Of a DNA stretch of 64,000 bases, positions 41,941 through 52,346 are shown in pieces. The DNA is from an uncultured Chloroflexia bacterium (GTDB lineage Bacteria; Chloroflexota; Limnocylindria; Limnocylindrales; CSP1-4), in the NCBI GenBank assembly GCA_963768655.1, contig CAVYIM010000005.1:256001-320000 (forward strand), read 5' to 3'. A program made the translations under genes and the position numbers. Every line of letters starts with the position of its first letter. Within the stretch, counting starts at the first letter, position 1. Below the pieces are notes generated by a model. It saw only the letters and a program-made list of their open reading frames with translations. It was not told the DNA's origin and searched no databases.

Positions 41941-43059
41941 TCACCTGCTGGCGAGCTGCCCTCGAGGGCGGCGCCGTTTGAGCGACAGCAGCAGCCCGTA
42001 GAAGAGGCTGAGGATGGCCGTGATGGCGCCGGCGGCGACACTGAGGTTGCGCGGCGTCGCCGGCACACTGACGTCCCCGCTCGGTGCGTCGCCCCGCGAC
42101 CCGCCCCCGAGCGTCCCGCCCAGGAGTGCGTCCGGGCCGGGCGACGGGCCGTTGACGCCCTGGGCACGATCGATGCCGGCGGCTGGCGCGGCAGTGGGCG
42201 TCGCCGCCGGCTCTGTCGACGGCAGGGCCGGCTCGGCCGGCGAGCCCGACGGGCCAGGGGCCGTGGGGACGGAGAACGTCGGCGTGGGCGCTTCCGCGGA
42301 CGTCTGGGCGATTTGCGCGGGCGTAGGCGCGGATCTTGGCCCAGCTGTCGGCACAGCCGTCGGCGCCGCTGCCGGGCGCGCGGTTCCGGTCGGCCGCGGG
42401 GTCGCCTTCGGTACGGATGGACCTCCCTGGCTGAACAGGCAGTCGTAGAAGTAGGCGCCGTTCGAGCCGATCCACGCCCCGCAACCCACCCGATCATAGC
42501 TGCCGATGATGATCGCGTAGTGAGTCGCGCTCGATGTCCAATCCCACATGGCCCTGTCGGTCGTGTAGTAGGTTTGGGTTGTCGATCCCGGGCAGGTACG
42601 CAACGAAGGCGTGCAGCCGTACTTGTAGTCCACCATCGAGGTTCCGTAGCCGCCGTTGAGAGCCGTTATCTCACCGCGTGAGCCCGTGTAGCCCCAGGAC
42701 GCCATCGCATCCATCGACGTGTAGGTGGGGCAGAGTCGAAGCTGGTGCGCGTTCGCGGGGAACCCGAACACGGCGAAATCCTTGGCTCGCCCCTGCATCA
42801 CCTTGCTGGCGTCGTTGGGACAGGTGACCGCGCCGTCCCTGGCCTTCGAGGCCAGGAAAGTGTCGACACGCAAGGGCGCCTTGCCCAGATAGGCCCGCTC
42901 GCCGTTGATCAGGCGAACGAGCTCGTTCGCCTGTGCGTTGGCTGGACCGGCCGCCAGGACGGCCGGCACGGACCAGGCCAGCGACAGCGCCAGCACAAAC
43001 GCGCTCAGGGCCAGAACGGCAGGCGCGAGGACATAAGGCGGCTGGCGGCGGTTCGGCAA
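41941..43059 (-). CDS. Secreted CAP/SCP-like protein with C-terminal membrane anchor
   Basis: Signal peptide; LVRLINGERAYLGKAPL, GEI, W..S.TH...I....YDRVGCG; C-terminal TM plus basic tail. Confidence 0.75.
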   Translation of the reverse strand: MPNRRQPPYVLAPAVLALSAFVLALSLAWSVPAVLAAGPANAQANELVRLINGERAYLGKAPLRVDTFLASKARDGAVTCPNDASKVMQGRAKDFAVFGFPANAHQLRLCPTYTSMDAMASWGYTGSRGEITALNGGYGTSMVDYKYGCTPSLRTCPGSTTQTYYTTDRAMWDWTSSATHYAIIIGSYDRVGCGAWIGSNGAYFYDCLFSQGGPSVPKATPRPTGTARPAAAPTAVPTAGPRSAPTPAQIAQTSAEAPTPTFSVPTAPGPSGSPAEPALPSTEPAATPTAAPAAGIDRAQGVNGPSPGPDALLGGTLGGGSRGDAPSGDVSVPATPRNLSVAAGAITAILSLFYGLLLSLKRRRPRGQLASR

Positions 43060-43332
43060 GATGGTCTCCTCCGGACGGTAGAGGCTGACGCGTCAACGCC
43101 TTGCGACGATCCCTCCGGGCTCCCAGGGTGAGGCTGGAACCGGAGCGTTCATTCTCTGTTGTGGCGACAACCACCCTTTCGGACGGGATCGGCGAGGCAA
43201 CCTGCCTGTGACATGCTTCGTTCACGAGGACATCGTCCGGCCGACTGATTCTGGCGGCGTCCCAAGGGTGAAGGAAACCGAACCATCGGTCCGCCTCTCC
43301 TTCACTTTCGTAACTACCCGTTCGCGCGGTGC

Positions 43333-43422
43333 CTACCGCGATCCGAGCTCCACGAGCCCGTCGACCGCGACCATGCGGCCGAACCGTTTGGTCAATGCTT
43401 CGATCGCGATGGCGGCTGTCAT
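43333..43422 (-). pseudogene. Truncated ABC ATPase N-terminus
   Basis: MTAAIAIEALTKRFGRMVAVDGL then an early stop; AGGA RBS. Confidence 0.55.
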
Positions 43423-43712
43423 GGCTGTCCTGTCGTGCGGGCTGACAGTGATGAAGCCAGGCGCCGACTCGCCGCCGATCATCAACAGATGTCCCGATTC
43501 GGGGCCGCCGAAATGTGGACGGCGGAGGGCCACCTCTCGTCGGAGGCCCGGGCCTGGGCCGGCGCGGACCGCGGGGCGGCCCTCCGGGCGCGTCGTCGCG
43601 GCAGGTAGGCCATGCAGATCCTCTTCAGCATAATCTCAGGGAGCGGGCTTACGTTCCGGGCGCGTCCGATCTTGCGGACACAAGGCGCGCGCCCAGCGCC
43701 GCGGAGGCACAC

Positions 43713-44483
43713 ATGACCGCTGACAGCTCCCCCACCCCGCCGGAACCGGTGAGGCGAACGCACACCACTCGCAATCTCCTGATGGTGCTCATAGCCCTCG
43801 TCGTGGTCGCCGGCGTCGCCGTCGGCGGGTACGGCGTGTGGTACCTGTTCTTGAGCCCGGCCGGCCCCGCGGCCGTGGCCTCGGGCGCGCCGGTGGTTCC
43901 CTCCGGTGCAGGCGTGCCCGCGCCCTCCTCGCTCGACGGCACGTGGAACGTCAACACAAGCCTCGGTTCCATGACCGACTTCTCCGCCTCGTGGGTCGGC
44001 TATCGGGTCCAGGAGCAGCTCGTGGGCGTCGGCGCGAACACCGCCGTCGGGCGCACGCCCCTGGTGAGCGGCTCGATGACCCTGACCGGAGCCGTCGTTT
44101 CCAACGTCTCGATCACCGCCGACCTGACGGGCCTCAAGAGCAGCGATCCGAACCGCGACAACCAGCTGCGCCGTCAGGCGATCGACACCGACCAGTTCCC
44201 GAACGCGACATTCACGACGACCCAGCCGATCGACCTCGGAACGCTGCCCGCGGAAGGCCAGACCGTGTCGGTGGTCGCGAACGGCTCCCTCACTCTCCAT
44301 GGCGTCACCAGGAGCGTGAACATCACTCTCGCGGCCGTCCGCCAGGGTGGCGTCATCGCCGTGACGGGAACCCTGCCGGTCACGTTCGCGGACTACGGGT
44401 TCAGCGGGCCCACCAGCTTCTCGGTTCTGTCCGTCGACAACAACGGGATCATGGAACTGCATCTACTGTTCACTCACGCCTGA
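43713..44483 (+). CDS. YceI-family protein with N-terminal TM
   Basis: SWVGYRVQE, AVGRT, LKSSDPNRDNQL, GSLTLHGVTR. Confidence 0.9.
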   Translation: MTADSSPTPPEPVRRTHTTRNLLMVLIALVVVAGVAVGGYGVWYLFLSPAGPAAVASGAPVVPSGAGVPAPSSLDGTWNVNTSLGSMTDFSASWVGYRVQEQLVGVGANTAVGRTPLVSGSMTLTGAVVSNVSITADLTGLKSSDPNRDNQLRRQAIDTDQFPNATFTTTQPIDLGTLPAEGQTVSVVANGSLTLHGVTRSVNITLAAVRQGGVIAVTGTLPVTFADYGFSGPTSFSVLSVDNNGIMELHLLFTHA

Positions 44484-44523
44484 TGCTCACCCAGGCCTGA
44501 GCGGGGCGGGTAAGGAGGAGTCA

Positions 44524-45072
44524 ATGTCCTTCATGCGGTTCCTCGGCGGCCATCCGGCTGCCGGCGCGTCGGCCTCCCAGCCCTTGCCGACCGACAACGA
44601 GACCGAGGCGGTGCGCAGGATCGTCGCCCGCCTGGAGGCGCTGGAGCCCGGCAAGGCCCGGCTTCTGGCCGGCATGGCGTACGTCCTGGCCAGGGCCGCC
44701 AACGCCGACATGGAGATCACGGACGTCGAGACGCAGGCAATCGAGAGCGTGCTCGTCGAATACGGGCTCGATCAATCCCAGGCCGTCCTGGTCGCGGAGA
44801 TGGCCAAGCTCCAGGAGCGGACCAGCGGCGGCACGAGCGACTATCTGGTGACGCGCGAGTTCCGCGAGGATTCGAGCCCCGACCAGCGCCTGATCCTGCT
44901 CCGGGCCTGCTTCCAGGTCGCGGCGGCGGACGGCGCGATCAGCGCGGTGGAGAGCGCGACTCTCGACGAGATCGCAAGCGAGCTCGACATAGAGCGCGGC
45001 CAGGCGACCGCGGTCAGGGCGCAGTATGCGGACATGTTCACCGCCAGGCTGAGCTATCGGCCGAAGACCTGA
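44524..45072 (+). CDS. TerB-family protein
   Basis: LARAANADMEITDVE; FQVAAADGAISAVE. Confidence 0.8.
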   Translation: MSFMRFLGGHPAAGASASQPLPTDNETEAVRRIVARLEALEPGKARLLAGMAYVLARAANADMEITDVETQAIESVLVEYGLDQSQAVLVAEMAKLQERTSGGTSDYLVTREFREDSSPDQRLILLRACFQVAAADGAISAVESATLDEIASELDIERGQATAVRAQYADMFTARLSYRPKT

Positions 45073-45145
45073 CGCGAGGCCGCTGCCAGTACCGGCTCGA
45101 CCGGCAATGTCCGCCGGCGGCGACGGTATCGAAGGCTCGGCGGCC

Positions 45146-46471
45146 TCAGCGGGTGTGGACCGGCTGACTCGACCGGCCGGCGGACTGCGAGGTCAACCTG
45201 TTGAGCAGGTCGCGGACGGGCCGCACGAACCATCGCGGGAAGCAATTCGTCCTGCCCGGTTCGTCCCTGGCCGCGATCAGCCTGTCGGCCAGGGCCTCGA
45301 TGTCGCCGATCACCTTCGCCTTCGGATATGCCTCGACCGCCGAGCGATGGCTGTTGGCCGCGCGGACGAAGAGCATGCCGGCGGACCGGATCCGGGCTAT
45401 GGCCGCGAACCCGACGACCTTCTCGACGTCGCTCGCCGAGACGCCACTGTTCGAGCGGTTGATGATGAGGGACAGGCGATCGCGAATCTCCAACTCCACC
45501 GCAACCTCGCGGAACTGCACCGCAGCCCGGATAGTCGGCACATCCGGCGTGACGGGCACAAGGATCTGGTCGGCCATGGCGAAGATGCCCTGGTTGAGCG
45601 GCCCGTAGTCGGGATGCATGTCCACGATGATCCAGTCGAAGGCGTCGCGGGCGGCGCTGATCGCCTGGGCAACGCGCTTGGGCTCGAGGACTTCGGTGTG
45701 GAGCGGCGACCTGGACATCGTCAGAACCTCGACGCCGCTGCTGTGGGCCGAGGCGATCTCCGCGAGAGAGTGGTTGGCGTTCGTCTCCAGGTCCGTGCCC
45801 CAGACATCCACGACCGTGGGGATCTCGTCCATGCCCAACGAAGTCAGGACGTGGCCGGTCACGGTGTCGCAGTCGATCAGCAGCACGCGCTGGTTCTTGC
45901 GCATCTGCAGCACCGCCGAAGTGTTGATGGCGATCGTGGTCTTGCCGACGCCACCCTTCGGGTTGAAGACCACGACGATCTGGCCGCGGTGAGCGACGGC
46001 CGATGACGAGACGCCGACTTCGCCCTCGAGGATGGCGGCGCGGGCATCGTCGCCCAGGGCCTCGGCCCGAATGAGCATCGTTTCGGCCCGAATGAGCATC
46101 GCCTCCACGCGCCAGCGAAGCGAGGCGGCTGAATAGGGCCGGTTGACGAACTCGCCGTTGACGCGGGCACGGCCGGCGAGGCTGAGCCGATCGACCGCCG
46201 TCGACGAAACGATCATCAGCGACGCGACGTTGCGCTCCCCTTCGTGCAGGAGGGAGTACATCTCGATCGTCGCGTCGAAGTCGCTCTCGCCATCGAGGAC
46301 AGCGAGGCCGACGTCGGGCCGGCGATCGAGCAGACCCTCGAGCTCGTCGGCGTTGGAGACAGCGAGGACTTCGTATCCGGCTTCTGTCAGCTCCGCGTTC
46401 ACTGCCGAGAGCTCGTCTTCGGGCAGGTAGACGGCGACAGCTGATCGCGGCACTACGCTGTAGCCTCCCAT
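45146..46471 (-). CDS. Receiver-like + MinD/CpaE-type ATPase
   Basis: PKGGVGKTT, LLIDCD, WIIVDM; N-terminal REC-like domain. Confidence 0.85.
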   Translation of the reverse strand: MGGYSVVPRSAVAVYLPEDELSAVNAELTEAGYEVLAVSNADELEGLLDRRPDVGLAVLDGESDFDATIEMYSLLHEGERNVASLMIVSSTAVDRLSLAGRARVNGEFVNRPYSAASLRWRVEAMLIRAETMLIRAEALGDDARAAILEGEVGVSSSAVAHRGQIVVVFNPKGGVGKTTIAINTSAVLQMRKNQRVLLIDCDTVTGHVLTSLGMDEIPTVVDVWGTDLETNANHSLAEIASAHSSGVEVLTMSRSPLHTEVLEPKRVAQAISAARDAFDWIIVDMHPDYGPLNQGIFAMADQILVPVTPDVPTIRAAVQFREVAVELEIRDRLSLIINRSNSGVSASDVEKVVGFAAIARIRSAGMLFVRAANSHRSAVEAYPKAKVIGDIEALADRLIAARDEPGRTNCFPRWFVRPVRDLLNRLTSQSAGRSSQPVHTR

Positions 46472-46631
46472 TTGGAACGAAGGTACTGCCCCCAGTCTAG
46501 CCGAAGGTCATAGCTTCGTGCCGGACGTTGAGCGCCGAGTGGGGCGGCGACGCAACACTCGTTCCCGGCCGCCGGCCACGCGGCCGTCAGTGCGGCCCTC
46601 GGCGCGGCCGGATGCCGGTATCGCTTAAGCT

Positions 46632-48695
46632 ATGCCGTCCGTCACTCCGGTTCAGGATTGCCCGCCCGTGAAGACCTACCTGCGAGGCGTCTTCGACGTC
46701 TTTCGCTCCTACTTACGCATCGCCATGCTGGTTCCATCCGGCGGGACCGGCCTCGTCGCGATCCTGATCGCGCTCAACGTCGCGTTGGGGCTGCTGCCGA
46801 TCGTCTTCATCGTGGCGACGAGCGTCATGATCGGGCGTGTGCCGGACGCGGTCGCCGGCGGTGTCGGCTCGGCCCAGTGGCACTCGCTCGTCGTCGCTTT
46901 CGCCGTAGCCGCCACGGCCTTCGTCGTGCAGCAGATCATCGCCCCGCTGCAGGCGGCCCTGGGCGAGCTGCTGGCCCGCCAGGTCGACGGCCGCGTCTTC
47001 GATCGGCTCATCGCCGCCGCGCTGCAGAGCAGCGGGATCGGCCCGCTGGAGGACCAGGGCCTGCTCGACGAACTGACCCAGGCCGCGACGACGCTGGAGC
47101 AGAGCTTCCGGACCCCGGGCCTGGCTTGCGCCGGGCTCCTCGCCCTGGTCGCCCGCTACACTCAGCTGCTCGGAGGCGCCGCGCTGGTCGGGCTCGTCTT
47201 CTCGTGGCCCGCGGCGCTGGCCCTCGTAGCCACCACGATGGTCTTCCGGAGAGGCAATCGCGGTGGCCTGCGAACGTACGGCAAGCTCTTCGGCCGCAGC
47301 ATCGGGATCAGACGGGAGTCGTGGTATTACCGGGCCGTCGCGCTACGAGCCGGCGCCGGCAAGGAGATCCGCGTCTTCGGCCTGGCCGGCTGGCTCTCCA
47401 CGCACTACCGCGAGCTGCAGATGAAGTTGCTGGCGCTGGTCTGGGCCGAGCGCCGGCGGATCTACCTGCGCCCGTACCTCGTGTACACGGCGATCGGGTT
47501 TGCCATCGCGGCGATGGCTCTGGCGGCCCTGGGCCGAACGGCTGCGGCCGGCAGCCTCTCGCTGACGCAACTCGCCCTGGGCCTCCAGGCGGCCATCGCG
47601 GCGCTTCGTCTGGGCGAGGCGTGGCCGGAGTGCGACACCCAGACACAGTTCGGGATGTTCGCCTACGACGGCGTCCAGGGCTTCGAGCGGGGCGTCGCAG
47701 CCTTCGACGAGAGAGCGCTCCAGCTCGAACCGCGTCAGGACCCGCGCGGCCTGCCCCGGCGCGAGATCCGCTTCGAGGGCGTCGACTTCCACTACCCCGG
47801 CTCGGAACGGCCCGTTCTCGACCATCTCGACCTGACGCTGCCGGCGGGACGCTGTACGGCCATCGTCGGGCTCAACGGCGCCGGCAAGACGACGCTCGTG
47901 AAGCTGCTCTCGCGGCTGTACGAGCCGACCGGCGGCCGCCTGCTGGTCGACGGCATCGACGTCCGATCCTTCGGCGTCGACGACTGGCGCCGCCAGATCG
48001 GCGTCATCTTCCAGGACTTCAACCGCTACGAGCTGACTGCCGCGGAGAACATCGGCTTCGGCGCCGTGGAGCTGCGCGACAACCGGGCCCGGATCCGCGT
48101 CGCCGCCCGGCGGGCCGGCGTCCTGGCCACGCTGGAGCGGCTGCCGCGCGGCCTCGACACTCCGCTCGCCCGCCAGTACAAGGACGGCGCCGAACTGTCC
48201 GGCGGGCAGTGGCAGCGCGTCGCCATCGCCCGGGCGCTCTTCGCTCTGGAGAACGGGGCCTCGATCCTGGTCCTCGATGAGCCCACCGCCGCCCTGGACG
48301 TGCGGGCCGAGGCCGCCTTCTTCGACAAGTTCGTCGACGTCACGCGCGGGGCCACGGCGCTCCTCATCTCACATCGCTTCTCCAGCGTCCGCCACGCCGA
48401 CCACATCGTCGTCCTGGCGGGCGGCCGGGTGATCGAGCAGGGCAGCCACGACGAGCTGCTGGCGGCCAACGGCCGCTACGCCGAGCTCTTCCGCCTCCAG
48501 GCCGAACGGTTCGTCGAGGACGAAGAAACCGAGACGGTGAACGCGGCGGACCTGGCCGGCGACAGGACGGCCGAGGACGAGGGCGCCGAAGGTGGGGCGG
48601 CGGATGCGGCCGACGCCGCCGGGGCAGCCGAACGGGCCGAGGCGACCGAAGGCCCGGCTTCGAAGGCGGCCGGTCGGTCGGAGACCAGCCGATGA
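46632..48695 (+). CDS. ABC exporter, permease + ATPase
   Basis: GLNGAGKTT, LSGGQWQR, LVLDEPT, ISHRFS. Confidence 0.93.
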   Translation: MPSVTPVQDCPPVKTYLRGVFDVFRSYLRIAMLVPSGGTGLVAILIALNVALGLLPIVFIVATSVMIGRVPDAVAGGVGSAQWHSLVVAFAVAATAFVVQQIIAPLQAALGELLARQVDGRVFDRLIAAALQSSGIGPLEDQGLLDELTQAATTLEQSFRTPGLACAGLLALVARYTQLLGGAALVGLVFSWPAALALVATTMVFRRGNRGGLRTYGKLFGRSIGIRRESWYYRAVALRAGAGKEIRVFGLAGWLSTHYRELQMKLLALVWAERRRIYLRPYLVYTAIGFAIAAMALAALGRTAAAGSLSLTQLALGLQAAIAALRLGEAWPECDTQTQFGMFAYDGVQGFERGVAAFDERALQLEPRQDPRGLPRREIRFEGVDFHYPGSERPVLDHLDLTLPAGRCTAIVGLNGAGKTTLVKLLSRLYEPTGGRLLVDGIDVRSFGVDDWRRQIGVIFQDFNRYELTAAENIGFGAVELRDNRARIRVAARRAGVLATLERLPRGLDTPLARQYKDGAELSGGQWQRVAIARALFALENGASILVLDEPTAALDVRAEAAFFDKFVDVTRGATALLISHRFSSVRHADHIVVLAGGRVIEQGSHDELLAANGRYAELFRLQAERFVEDEETETVNAADLAGDRTAEDEGAEGGAADAADAAGAAERAEATEGPASKAAGRSETSR

Positions 48696-50476
48696 ACGAG
48701 ACGCTGCGCAGCGCGGCCTGGCTGCTTCGAATCTCGTGGCAGCAGAATCGCATCAAGACGATCGCCGCACTGGTGCTCGTGCTCGGCAGCGCGGTATCGG
48801 CGCCGTTGCTGGCTCTTTCGATGAAGTGGCTGACCAACGCCGCGGTGGCCGGCGACGCCGGGACCGCGACCGTGGCCGGGATCGCCGTGGCGGCCTGCGT
48901 GATCGGCGTCCTGACGCTCGGCCACTTCGCCCACATCGCCTACTACGAGCTGTCCGAGATCAACACCCTGTCGGCCGAGCTGAGGCTCATCGCCATGGCC
49001 AACGGTTCGGCCGGGGTCGAGCATCAGGAGCGAGCCGAGTACGCCGACCGTGTGGCCGTCCTCGAGCAGGAGCTCGGCCAGATCCAGGACGGCTTCTATG
49101 CCGTCCTGATGCTCTCGAGCCTGGCCGTGGCGATCGTGATGACCGGTGTGTTGCTGGCCCTGATCAACCCGCTCCTGCTGCTGCTGCCGCTCGTCGCGTT
49201 TCCGCCGCTCATCACCGGCCGCCGGGCCCAGCTGCTCGTCGATCGGGCGCGCGAGGAATCGGCAGCGGACACGCGCCTGGCGCTGCACCTCTTCCGCCTG
49301 GCCACGGGCGCCGGCCCCGCCAAGGAGCTGCGCGTCTTCCGCCTGCAGGGCGAGATGCGGCGCCGCCACCGCGAGCTGTGGGAGAAGACCACTCGCACCC
49401 TGTGGCGGGCCCAAATCAGGGCGATGGTTCTGCGCACGGCCGGGCAGCTCTGCTTCGCGGCCGGCTACGTGGCCGGCGTCCTGCTCGTCGTGAGCGACGC
49501 CATCAGCGGGCAACGCAGCGTCGGCGACGTGGTCATGGCGATCACCCTCGCCGCCCAGGTCAACCAGCAGGTCGCGGCCGCCGTCTCGCTGCTCAACGAC
49601 CTGCAGCGCATCGCCCGAGCCTACGCTCGCTTCGGGTGGCTGGAGGCCTACGTCGCCGAGCGCGAGCCCAGGGGCGCCGATCAGCCCGTTCCCGAGCGTC
49701 TGGTCGAGGGCGTCCGGTTCGAGAACGTGACCTTCCGGTATCCGGGCACGGACCGGACCGTGCTCGAGGGCGTGAACCTGGATCTGCCGGCTGGCTCGAC
49801 CGTGGCCATCGTCGGCGAGAACGGCGCCGGCAAGAGCACCCTGGTCAAGCTCCTGTGCCGCTTCTACGAACCAACGGCCGGCCGCATCACGGCAGATGGC
49901 GCCGACCTGTCGAGGATCCCGCTCGACGCCTGGCGTACCCGCATCGCGGCCGGCTTCCAGGACTTCGTCCGCTTCGAGTTCGTCGCCCGCCGCACGGTCG
50001 GCGTGGGCGATCTGCCGTTGGCCGACGAGCTGCCGGCAGTGGAGGCGGCCCTGGAACGCGCCCACGCCATGGACGTGGTCGGCCGCCTGGAGGATGGCCT
50101 CTCGACGCAGCTGGGCAAGTCCTACGCGGAGGGCACCGAGCTCTCCGGCGGGCAGTGGCAGAAGCTGGCCCTCGGCCGGGCGATGATGCGCGAGCTGCCC
50201 CTGGTCCTGATCCTCGACGAGCCCACGTCCGCGCTGGACGCCGAGGCCGAGCACGCCTTGTTCGAGCGCTACGCGGAAGGGGCGCGGCGCGTCGGCCAGG
50301 CGACCGGCGGCATCACCGTGCTCGTCTCGCACCGCTTCTCGACGGTCCGCATGGCGGACCTGATCGTGGTCGTGGCCGACGGCCATGTCGTGGAGGCCGG
50401 GCCGCACACCCAGCTGATGCGCAACCGCGGCCTCTACGCGGATCTGTATGACCTGCAGGCCAGCGCCTACGAGTGA
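48692..50476 (+). CDS. ABC exporter, permease + ATPase (heterodimer partner)
   Basis: GENGAGKST, LSGGQWQK, ILDEPT, VSHRFS. Confidence 0.93.
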   Translation: MNETLRSAAWLLRISWQQNRIKTIAALVLVLGSAVSAPLLALSMKWLTNAAVAGDAGTATVAGIAVAACVIGVLTLGHFAHIAYYELSEINTLSAELRLIAMANGSAGVEHQERAEYADRVAVLEQELGQIQDGFYAVLMLSSLAVAIVMTGVLLALINPLLLLLPLVAFPPLITGRRAQLLVDRAREESAADTRLALHLFRLATGAGPAKELRVFRLQGEMRRRHRELWEKTTRTLWRAQIRAMVLRTAGQLCFAAGYVAGVLLVVSDAISGQRSVGDVVMAITLAAQVNQQVAAAVSLLNDLQRIARAYARFGWLEAYVAEREPRGADQPVPERLVEGVRFENVTFRYPGTDRTVLEGVNLDLPAGSTVAIVGENGAGKSTLVKLLCRFYEPTAGRITADGADLSRIPLDAWRTRIAAGFQDFVRFEFVARRTVGVGDLPLADELPAVEAALERAHAMDVVGRLEDGLSTQLGKSYAEGTELSGGQWQKLALGRAMMRELPLVLILDEPTSALDAEAEHALFERYAEGARRVGQATGGITVLVSHRFSTVRMADLIVVVADGHVVEAGPHTQLMRNRGLYADLYDLQASAYE

Positions 50477-50496
50477 CCCGTCGGGCAGGCGCGGCG

Positions 50497-51822
50497 TCAG
50501 CCGACCAGCAGCAGGGCCACGTCCTGCCCTTGAACGAGACAGTCGACGAGGACGCCCGATCCGTCCGGCGACACAACGGGATCGTAGCGGACCGGTCCTG
50601 GCACGGCGATCGTTCGCGACTCGCCGTTGCGGATGAGTGTCATCGGCCCGGTGTCCGGGGCGTAGTCGAAGGAGAACACGATCGTCGATCCGTCGGTCGA
50701 GGCGACGGCGGTGTCGCCGACTCCGGCTTGGGCCACACCCGGACCTCCCGAGATCGGGTAAGTGGTGACCGCCGAGCCATCCAGAGCTGGAGCCACGAGG
50801 TTGCTCGCGCTATCCCAGACTGCGGATCCAACCTCGGCTCCCGTTGGTCCAATCAGCTGTCCAGTGGTCGTGTCGACGATCGCGTGGCTCCCGACGCCCG
50901 CCCGGAGATAGCGACCCGACGGATCGAAGCTCATCCATCGGCTGAAGGAAGCGCTCTTGATCGACACCACGGTATGTAGGTCGGGCCAGCTGAGGACCTC
51001 GAGCCAGCCCGGTGGTTGGCTCCCGACACCCTGCGGCCCGACTGGCTTGACGTAATGCCACACCGCGAGCTTGGTTCCGTCCGGGGACCATGCCGAGGCG
51101 TAGCCGGACAGAACCCGGCTCGTTCCGGCCTGCGTCCAGACCACGAAGCTGTCCTTTGCCTGGTCGGACGCGAGAGTGGCAACAGCGACCGCGCCGTGGT
51201 CGTTGGACAGGTCGCCCTCACCGATGTCAGCCGCGATCGGGGTCAGGTCGGCCGAGGTAACGGATCCGAGGAAGCTCGAACTGCCGCTCAAGAGCACGAA
51301 TTGCGTTGCGTCGAGCCAGATGAGGCCCTGGCCGTCGAGTGCGCGGACCAGGTTGCCCTCTGTGTCGAACAGGCCGAGTTGTTGCGGCACCTGCATTCCG
51401 GTCGCGACGTCGTCCGGCACAGCCAGCCAGCTCCCGTCGGGCGACCATGACGCGCCGACGGTGTCGGCAGAGGCGTCGAGGACTTTCCAGTCGCCGAGCT
51501 GCGTGGGCGACGCGAGCGGCGACGGCGCCGGCGACCCGGTGGGAAGCGGCATTGAGGGCGACGCGACGGCGGCGGCCGTCGGCGACGACGTGGCGGCTGG
51601 TGCCAACATCGTCGGCAGCGCGAACGGCATCAGCGCCAGCGCCACCACGAGCGCGCCCGCGACCGCGACGGCTACCAGCTGGCGCCCCAGGCCCGGGGCC
51701 GTCCTCCCCTGCCGCCTCTCTTTGATCGCCGCGGCGACTTTCGCCATGGCCCGGTGCGAACTGGCCGGCGTGATCGACTCGAAGTAGTCGCGAAGACCCT
51801 CGTGGAGGTCGTTGTCGTTCAT
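50497..51822 (-). CDS. Putative anti-sigma factor: short cytoplasmic domain, TM, WD40/TolB-like propeller
   Basis: WSPDG/FDPSG/VSPDG repeats; coupled to the ECF sigma gene. Confidence 0.7.
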   Translation of the reverse strand: MNDNDLHEGLRDYFESITPASSHRAMAKVAAAIKERRQGRTAPGLGRQLVAVAVAGALVVALALMPFALPTMLAPAATSSPTAAAVASPSMPLPTGSPAPSPLASPTQLGDWKVLDASADTVGASWSPDGSWLAVPDDVATGMQVPQQLGLFDTEGNLVRALDGQGLIWLDATQFVLLSGSSSFLGSVTSADLTPIAADIGEGDLSNDHGAVAVATLASDQAKDSFVVWTQAGTSRVLSGYASAWSPDGTKLAVWHYVKPVGPQGVGSQPPGWLEVLSWPDLHTVVSIKSASFSRWMSFDPSGRYLRAGVGSHAIVDTTTGQLIGPTGAEVGSAVWDSASNLVAPALDGSAVTTYPISGGPGVAQAGVGDTAVASTDGSTIVFSFDYAPDTGPMTLIRNGESRTIAVPGPVRYDPVVSPDGSGVLVDCLVQGQDVALLLVG

Positions 51823-52346
51823 CGTCCGGGTTCCTCGGCGCGACGCTCGGCGGCCAGCGCGGAGCGCAGGTGTTCGAGCGAATGATGAAGCCTCGACTTG
51901 ACCGTGCCTTCGGGCAGCCCGGTCTGCGCGGCGATCTGAGGCACTGTCAGGTCGCGACCGAAGCGGAGGCCGATGACGAGCTGCTCGTCCGCGGTGAGGC
52001 GCGCGATCGCCCGTCCGATCTCGTCACGGACGGCCAGCCGCTCGGGCGAATCTCCGATCGCCGAGCCGAACGGCGGCCGCGGCGTCTGCCGTCGACTGCG
52101 GCGCCGGAGCTCGTCCCGACAGACGTTCACCACGATCGTGTTGAACCAGCCCGTCGGGTTGTCCGCATGGCGAAGCTTCTTGCGGGCATCCCACGCAGCC
52201 AGAGCCGCTTCCTGGACGGCATCCTCCGCGGCGATCGGATCGCGCAGGATCCATGTCGCCAGCCGGTGCGCATCGGGTGTCCGCGAGACCAGCAGCTCGG
52301 CGATGTCATCGTCGTTGAGGGCCAGGACTGCGGCGTCTGCTAACAA
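51819..52346 (-). CDS. ECF sigma-70 factor
   Basis: AAEDAVQEA, WFNTIVVNVCRD, IAAQTGLPEGTVKSRLH. Confidence 0.92.
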   Translation of the reverse strand: MLADAAVLALNDDDIAELLVSRTPDAHRLATWILRDPIAAEDAVQEAALAAWDARKKLRHADNPTGWFNTIVVNVCRDELRRRSRRQTPRPPFGSAIGDSPERLAVRDEIGRAIARLTADEQLVIGLRFGRDLTVPQIAAQTGLPEGTVKSRLHHSLEHLRSALAAERRAEEPGR

